From Geobacter sp. (lineage in GTDB: Bacteria > Desulfobacterota > Desulfuromonadia > Geobacterales > Pseudopelobacteraceae): 64,000 nt of DNA. The notes beneath the pieces were generated by a model that did no database searches, was not told where the DNA came from, and saw nothing but the letters and a program-made list of their open reading frames with translations. Both the position numbers and the translations under genes were made by a program. Shown here one piece after another: positions 61,342 through 64,000 of the stretch; the stretch's first letter is position 1; every line of letters starts with the position of its first letter. Location: assembly GCA_025360785.1 (NCBI GenBank), contig JANYBN010000099.1, positions 6,664 to 70,663 of the forward strand, in the 5' to 3' direction.

Positions 61342-62601
61342 TTACAATGCGATTTTTCCCGTCACATTTCCCAGAATCACGACAACATCACCGATATCAA
61401 TTTTCCCATCCGGTTGAGACTTGCCTTTGATGTAAGGGGCAATGTCCAGCCGGGTCATTTGAGCACTTGTAGACGGAACCTTACCGACTGCTATCTGCAG
61501 CGCAGTCAAGGCATCATTGATAGTTAAGGCTGTTGTTGTAGTAGTAACAGGCGGTGTGGAAGTGCTGACCGTCGGTGCGGGGGTAACTGGTAATACCGGT
61601 ATTACCGGTATTACCAGTATTACCGGGGTAACCGGTATTACCGGGGTAACCGGAGTAACGGATACTGCATTGTTCACCGTGACCGACACATTTGAGGACT
61701 GGCCAATATTGCCAGTCGTATCGTAGGCCTTGGCAACAAGAGTGTGGCTGCCGTTCGTAACCGAGGCGGTATTCCAGCTGAAGCTGTAAGGTGCTGCGTT
61801 GCCGGCAAAAAGAAGTATGCCGTTTTCGTAGAACTCTACCTTGCTAACCGCTACGTTGTCTCCGGCATTGGCAGAGAGGGTTACCGAGCCACTCACCACA
61901 GCGCTGTTGGCTGGCGTGGTTAACGACACTGTGGGGGGGGTCGTGTCGTTGACAGCTTTTACGACGACAGTGGTGCTTGACTGACCAATATTGCCGGCTG
62001 CGTCATAGGCTTTTGCCAGCAGCGTATAGCTGCCGGATGCAAGTGTCGCGGTGTTCCAGGAATATACATAGGGGGTCGATGTATCTGTGGCCTGAAGGAC
62101 ACCGTTCACATAGAACTCCACTTTCGTTACACCCACGTTATCACTGGCGCCGGCATTAACGGAAACCGTGCCGCTTACAATGGCATTGTTGACAGGGGAG
62201 CTTAGAGAGATGGTTGGCGGAGCAGATTCAGGAATGTTGACAATATTCGAGTAAGCACTCTCCAGGCCGGAGGCGTTATAAGCGGTCACCGCAAAGTAGT
62301 AGGCATGCGCCGGGTCGAGACCGCTGATGGTAGCAGTGGTCAGGTTGTGGGCATCTATAGGGGCCGTACCCTGAACGGCGCCTGCACCCTGAAAAGGCAG
62401 GGCGGATGAATCCGCCTGGTAATAGACCTTGTAGCCGGTAACGCCCGGGTCTGTATCAGCATCCCACTGGAGAACTATATCGTTGGCCAAGCAGGAAGCA
62501 TGGGCAGCCATCAAAAAAACCAGCGTCAACATACTGACCAGAAACAATCCAGATTCTCCAACCCATCCATTTTTCATTTCTTTACGTGTAGTATTTCTCA
62601 T
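61342..62601 (-). CDS. secreted FN3 + two Ig-like (Big_7-type) domains + V-[TI]-P repeat linker + dockerin-like C-terminus
   Basis: Signal peptide, then an FN3-like segment (VLQWDADTDPGVTGYKVYY...YYFAVTAYNASGLES). Two copies follow of SGTVSV.A.ASDNVGV.KVEFY.NG......PY.YSWNT.....GS.TL.AKAYD..GNIGQS. After the VTPVTPVIPVTP... linker the tail reads INDALTALQIAVGKV...LDIAPYIKGKSQPDGKIDIGDVVVILGNVTG. Confidence 0.6.
   Translation of the reverse strand: MRNTTRKEMKNGWVGESGLFLVSMLTLVFLMAAHASCLANDIVLQWDADTDPGVTGYKVYYQADSSALPFQGAGAVQGTAPIDAHNLTTATISGLDPAHAYYFAVTAYNASGLESAYSNIVNIPESAPPTISLSSPVNNAIVSGTVSVNAGASDNVGVTKVEFYVNGVLQATDTSTPYVYSWNTATLASGSYTLLAKAYDAAGNIGQSSTTVVVKAVNDTTPPTVSLTTPANSAVVSGSVTLSANAGDNVAVSKVEFYENGILLFAGNAAPYSFSWNTASVTNGSHTLVAKAYDTTGNIGQSSNVSVTVNNAVSVTPVTPVIPVTPVILVIPVIPVLPVTPAPTVSTSTPPVTTTTTALTINDALTALQIAVGKVPSTSAQMTRLDIAPYIKGKSQPDGKIDIGDVVVILGNVTGKIAL
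61583..61663 (-). repeat. nine tandem 9-bp units (consensus RTWACCGGK on the plus strand) inside the CDS, encoding the V-[TI]-P linker
   Basis: Read directly: gtaactggt aataccggt attaccggt attaccagt attaccggg gtaaccggt attaccggg gtaaccgga gtaacggat. Confidence 0.85.
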
Positions 62602-62625
62602 TTTACTTTCTCCAGTTTTTGCACA

Positions 62626-62760
62626 TAAAAAAGCCGGGACCGATATACCTGTCTGGTATTTCGGCGACCCGGCTGTCTACATGAGACCCTATTGGCTTTC
62701 CGTCCCATCCTCACGGATGGTTTAGTATTATCGTAGTACCGTTCCTGATGGCTCCCTTTA
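62626..62760 (-). promoter_or_regulatory. GEMM-I-like (c-di-GMP-I / cGAMP class) riboswitch candidate with intrinsic terminator
   Basis: Minus-strand core at 62726-62694 is ACTAAACC-ATCC-GTGA-GGAT-GGGACGGAAAGCC. The remembered Vc2 core is GCAAACC-stem-GNRA-stem-GGGACGCAAAGCC. Downstream lies AGCCGGG...CCCGGCT plus T6 (62674-62626), then GGAGAA and the ATG at 62601. Confidence 0.5.
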
Positions 62761-62784
62761 TCGCACGAATGACTCGAATACGCG

Positions 62785-62800
62785 TGTGACTTGAATCACA
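62785..62800. promoter_or_regulatory. CRP-type palindrome TGTGA-N6-TCACA upstream of the riboswitch candidate
   Basis: TGTGActtgaaTCACA has both half-sites perfect. On the minus strand a GATAAA -10-like hexamer lies about 30 nt downstream of the site centre (class-II-like geometry). Confidence 0.35.
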
Positions 62801-62826
62801 AAAACAGGACTTTCAATGGGCGCGCT

Positions 62827-63222
62827 TCACCCCACCACCTCAACCCGATCCCCGCGCAGCTCAACCTTAATCCTATCCAAAGGCCTATCGGCAGGCCCTT
62901 TAAGCACTTTTCCCTGCCGGTCAAACCGGCTGCCGTGACAGGGGCAGGAAAGCGTATCCTCCGTGACGACCACCGTGCAGCCAAGATGGGTACAGACGAG
63001 ACTCAGGGCGTAGAAACCGGCATCGTCCCTCAGCAGCGCCAGACGCTCGGCACGGAACAGCAGCGCCCCGCCCGGCGGCACCTCCGTAGCGGCGGCAGTG
63101 GCGAGCACCCGGCGTTTTCCGATTACCCGAGGGGTTAGAAACCGAACCAGCAGACCGCCCGCGGCGAGCAGCAGGGTCAGGGTCGTGAGGAATTTTCGAC
63201 GCGATTGAGGAAGGTTTTCCAT
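62827..63222 (-). CDS. Rieske [2Fe-2S] protein with Tat signal
   Basis: SRRKFLTTLTLLLAAGG twin-arginine signal. CTHLGC...CPCHGSRF cluster-binding boxes. Confidence 0.85.
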   Translation of the reverse strand: MENLPQSRRKFLTTLTLLLAAGGLLVRFLTPRVIGKRRVLATAAATEVPPGGALLFRAERLALLRDDAGFYALSLVCTHLGCTVVVTEDTLSCPCHGSRFDRQGKVLKGPADRPLDRIKVELRGDRVEVVG

Positions 63223-64000
63223 TTTGCCACGTACGCCTTTGTGTAAGCGGGAGTTTTGCTGCTCATGCGGAGATAGCGGGCGGTATCCATGAAACTGCCA
63301 TTGCTCATCCGCTGTCCCTGCTGAAGCCAGAACGATTCCAGCCCCATACCGTCCTTTTCGAGATTGTAGATCCGCCGCGCCTCCGGTTCAAGCAGAAAGC
63401 GGGTCGGGTTGTCGTGGCACCCTTCGCAGGTCACGGTGCCGCGCTGCACGGTGTGCGGGAAGTATGCCCGCCATTCGGCGGCCAGCAAGGTATTCTCCGG
63501 GCCGTTGTTTCTGGCGGTCATCACGTCGGTGTAATAGGCGATGAACATCGGCCTGATCGGGCTGATCCTCCCGGCGGCGTTGATCCCGAGAGGGGGCACG
63601 TCCTGTTTCTTCAGGTAGGCGCTCCGGAGGTATTCCGCGCTCGGCCCCGGTTTCAGGTAGAAATCCTCCTTCATGGCCGGGTCGCGGAAGCGGAGGAAAA
63701 AAGTGCCGTACTCCTGCGGCGCCCAGGCCGAATGGCAGGCATAACATTCCAGTCGCTGCAGGTGGGCTGAAATGCGGTGTTCCGGGACTTTCAGGCTGGG
63801 TATGTGACAGTCGCGACACCCCTTGGATGATTTTTCCCCTTTGGCGAGACTGGCCATAGAATGACAGGCGCCACAGGTCATGCCGGCGCTGTAATGCACA
63901 TCGGGAAGCATCTTCAGGAACGTAGCGCCGTTGACGGCGATACCCCGCTGATAGCGCATATTGTCTTCACGCGGCGCCCGCCCCGCATAATCCCACCCGG
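63177..64000 (-). CDS. multihaem c-type cytochrome, C-terminal part (frame stays open to the window end)
   Basis: Four CXXCH sites in the visible part (CGACH, CRDCH, CYACH, CEGCH). The codons upstream of the track ATG at 63959 (GWDYAGRAPREDN) contain no stop, so the gene probably starts beyond 64000. Confidence 0.75.
   Translation of the reverse strand, partial: GWDYAGRAPREDNMRYQRGIAVNGATFLKMLPDVHYSAGMTCGACHSMASLAKGEKSSKGCRDCHIPSLKVPEHRISAHLQRLECYACHSAWAPQEYGTFFLRFRDPAMKEDFYLKPGPSAEYLRSAYLKKQDVPPLGINAAGRISPIRPMFIAYYTDVMTARNNGPENTLLAAEWRAYFPHTVQRGTVTCEGCHDNPTRFLLEPEARRIYNLEKDGMGLESFWLQQGQRMSNGSFMDTARYLRMSSKTPAYTKAYVAKWKTFLNRVENSSRP

Noticed and set aside
61583-61663. Considered whether the regular short repeats could be a CRISPR array.
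   Set aside because: The units are only 9 bp, are contiguous without spacers, and lie in frame within a coding sequence (V-T/I-P linker). There is no cas context.

Overview
The window looks like chromosomal DNA from a Desulfuromonadales-type (Geobacter/Desulfuromonas/Pelobacter-like) deltaproteobacterium. That assignment is inferred from gene content and synteny, not from any search.

The backbone is ordinary housekeeping:
- A minus-strand oxidative-stress and iron cluster: thioredoxin-2, Tat-signal superoxide-reductase-like protein, Fe/Mn SOD, bacterioferritin, ferredoxin.
- The conserved rpsB-tsf-pyrH-frr-uppS-cdsA-dxr-rseP-tsaB block.
- sucCD, dnaE, accA, rluB-corC-lnt, and prfB with its classical +1 frameshift site.
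- A TPP-riboswitch-controlled thiE/thiD-thiC operon, ubiB, and tRNA-Thr(CGU).

The features that stand out:
1. A Rieske/cytochrome b/multihaem cytochrome c cluster (58.5-64 kb) is interrupted by a two-gene insert. The insert encodes a secreted FN3/Ig-like protein with a dockerin-like tail and a cohesin-like lipoprotein. A GEMM-I-like (c-di-GMP/cGAMP class) riboswitch candidate with an intrinsic terminator precedes it.
2. Five paralogous TPR-tailed, TMTC/DUF1736-like GT-C membrane proteins occur in the window, three of them in tandem downstream of a 1416-aa double-activase protein.
3. A small AT-rich islet upstream of dnaE carries an orphan gene, a DUF5710-like mini-protein, a 5'-truncated Y1-transposase remnant, a PPC-domain protein and a ParDE toxin-antitoxin pair.
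4. A monohaem cytochrome c / polytopic membrane / cytochrome b5-like fusion protein.
5. Two Fur-box matches lie between an EntS-like MFS gene and a porin gene.
6. A frameshifted ChaN-family gene.
7. A short palindromic REP-like element is present in at least two copies.

No CRISPR array, intact transposase, integrase or rRNA was seen. All family assignments come from motifs read by eye, with no database search, so they should be treated as hypotheses of graded confidence.
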